A stretch of DNA of 64,000 nt, taken from NCBI GenBank assembly GCA_964658305.1, contig OZ210885.1, positions 10,478,001 to 10,542,000 on the forward strand, read 5' to 3'. The translations under genes were made by a program, and so were the position numbers. This DNA comes from Leptogorgia sarmentosa. Its lineage: Eukaryota. Each line of letters begins with the position of its first letter. Position 1 is the first letter of the stretch. Shown here one piece after another: positions 62,001 through 64,000 of the stretch. Below the pieces are notes generated by a model that saw only the letters and a program-made list of their open reading frames with translations, made no database searches and had not been told where the DNA came from.

Positions 62001-62683
62001 TTACAACTAGGTTGAAAACGTTCCTATACCCTTCCTGGAGTACTTGTAGGATGGTACTTGTAAGATGAAATCAGAAACGTTTTCAACTCTAAGAAGATCA
62101 GAACCCCCCCCCCCCCCTCGCATTCTGGGAATGCATCGTGGCCCTTTTACACACTGTGCCTATTACGTAATAATTTTACTAGAACATTCAAATAGTTTTC
62201 AATATCTCTACTATTGAGACTCCGAAGTACCTACAATGCTGGTTGTTTAGGTAAAAATAGTCATAATCGAATATTAGTATACAAGGGTGTCCCAAAAAAA
62301 ACGCAAAACCATTGATTATTTGAATTTGAATGCCCTAGCACTAAGCTAATCCCTAAGCTAAGCTAATTTTGCTAGCCAGTATTTTAGTGTATTCAAAATT
62401 TGGTTTTAATCATTCCGGACGCACATTACAAGTATATCTCAATTCCTTAATTACTGTTTATGCATTTTTTCGAGTTCAAATTCAAAGGGCTTTCAAATTG
62501 CAACAATGCGTTAATTTCAATGGTTTTGGTTTTTCGAGTCTTTGTTTTACTTTATATATATATTTTAGAGTATTTATCATTGCAATAAATATTGATATTG
62601 CTACTGCACATATCCTTGTTTCCACGTTTAATATTCATTTCAGTGAATTCGTTCGTTTCAATGTTGCAATTTCTCCGAAGTCT

Positions 62684-63009
62684 TCAACCTTCTGGTTGGA
62701 GTTGTTTTGAATGCGAGGATAACTTATTAAGACAAAGGAAGCAGACCCGACCTCCTGCCAGGCCAACACAAACCATTCCATTTGAGCCACATGCTATGGC
62801 TAAAACATTCCGGTCGAAATGAAATTCTTCAACACACTCTCCATTTGGTAGGTTCCACAGTTTCAGCGTCTTGTCTTCTTTCGAGCACGACAGAAGTAAT
62901 TCACTTCCAGCCGCTAATGCCAACGCTCTGATACGTTCAGTATTTTGAATTGGAAATCTGTGGAGAACCTTTCCAGTTATGAAGTCCTTAATCGCCAAAG
63001 AACCATGAC
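62684..63009 (-). CDS. Terminal exon of inverted WD40 paralog (or allele); upstream exons lie beyond the window
   Basis: Reverse-complement homolog of 17840-18201 with intact acceptor; a CGA>TGA change shortens the C-terminus by about 10 aa. Confidence 0.85.
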
Positions 63010-64000
63010 CTAAAAATGTGATTTAAATTTTGTTAATCTGTTAAAGCAATGTTACGCGAGGCAATTTTTGTGATCAATTTTGGATTGATAGCCATGTTTT
63101 ATATTTATAGTGGCTGTTACGAACGAAAGATTTTGATCGCAGAGCATACCCAATGTTCTTCTTTCCCAAGACAATTTTGGTACAACGTGAGACGTATTTT
63201 AATTTGGATTTACAGCCATTTTATCGAACCGGCATTTCACGCGAATCATTTTTTGCCATCACTTGCGAGCTGATCTTGGAATGTTAGCCGTGTTATCTAA
63301 CGGCTACGTTATACAGAATAATTATTTTGCCAATATTTGTGACGCAATTTTAGCTTCATAGTGATTTATGTGCAGGTATGTTACTAAAAGGAATTTGTCG
63401 AAACTGGCAACTTAATTTCGAATACCGAGCCGCCTCTTCAACAGTCGTTTTTATGCTTTTAATAGAAATTATTAATAGGTGCGGGCGTAAATTTAGGGAT
63501 GCGCGGGTAGTTTTGACACTCCAACTTTCCCGCAGTATCAAAACTGCCCGCGCATCTCAGAATTTGCGCCCGCAAATTCCTAATTTCTATTAAAAGCATA
63601 AAGCGCCTGTGGGGGAGGTAGGGCCCGGAGGACGTCACGTTATTAAAGTTGCTGTCTCAGAAATTGTTCACATAGACTGCTACACAACTCGCTTTTCACA
63701 ATTCTTTACATAACATACTAATTAGGAAATGTTAGCAGTGTAAACAGGGACTTATCTGCACAAATTTCCAGCGAGTCTCATCTAAATAACATCGCTTTAA
63801 ATCTGACATTTGGTAAGATGCAGCTAAACTTTTCACATGTGAAATAAGGATTTCATATGTGATTGAATTGCACATATGAAAATTTCACATGTGATTTTAA
63901 GATTTCACATCTGATTTAATTTCACATATAACTTTTCACATGTGAAATATGGATTTCACATGTGATTGAATTTCACATATGAAAATTTCACATGTGAATT

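Larger units (their letters stand above)
56550..64000 (-). repeat. Right arm of large inverted segmental duplication (continues past the window end)
   Basis: Mirror of 16844-24840, including the WD40 last exon, 3' flank and Asn/Pro/Ser/Cys tRNA module. Confidence 0.92.

Overview
AT-rich eukaryotic DNA with GT-AG introns. The repeat families look like those of a cnidarian or other marine invertebrate (inference). Four main parts are visible. (1) The last six exons of a + strand WD40-repeat gene (135-18201), with transposon-filled introns. (2) A dense cluster of about 45 tRNA genes and pseudogenes (Asn, Ser, Cys, Leu, Val, Thr, Glu, Gly, Gln, Phe, Pro, His) at about 23.8-43.5 kb and 55.4-57.6 kb. 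(3) An ~11.6 kb block of transposon debris (43.5-55.1 kb) that also carries an intron-containing Hook gene fragment. (4) An inverted copy of the WD40 gene's 3' end at the right edge. The window is built as nested inverted duplications: 16.8-24.8 kb mirrors 64.0-56.5 kb, 25.6-27.7 kb mirrors 39.7-36.7 kb, and 30.4-32.3 kb mirrors 35.9-33.7 kb. There is also a 1722-bp tandem duplication. Three observations stand out. The two WD40 last exons differ by clustered, almost purely non-synonymous changes, a pattern like diversifying selection. A tRNA-Thr(AGT) has a 12-nt tandem duplication that folds as a canonical tRNA intron. Duplicated tRNA modules repeatedly switch the wobble base (Pro AGG/TGG/CGG, Leu CAG/AAG/TAG, Glu TTC/CTC, Ser AGA/TGA). 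All coordinates and counts were read by eye and may be off by a few bases. The outer inverted repeat could be two haplotypes joined in assembly.
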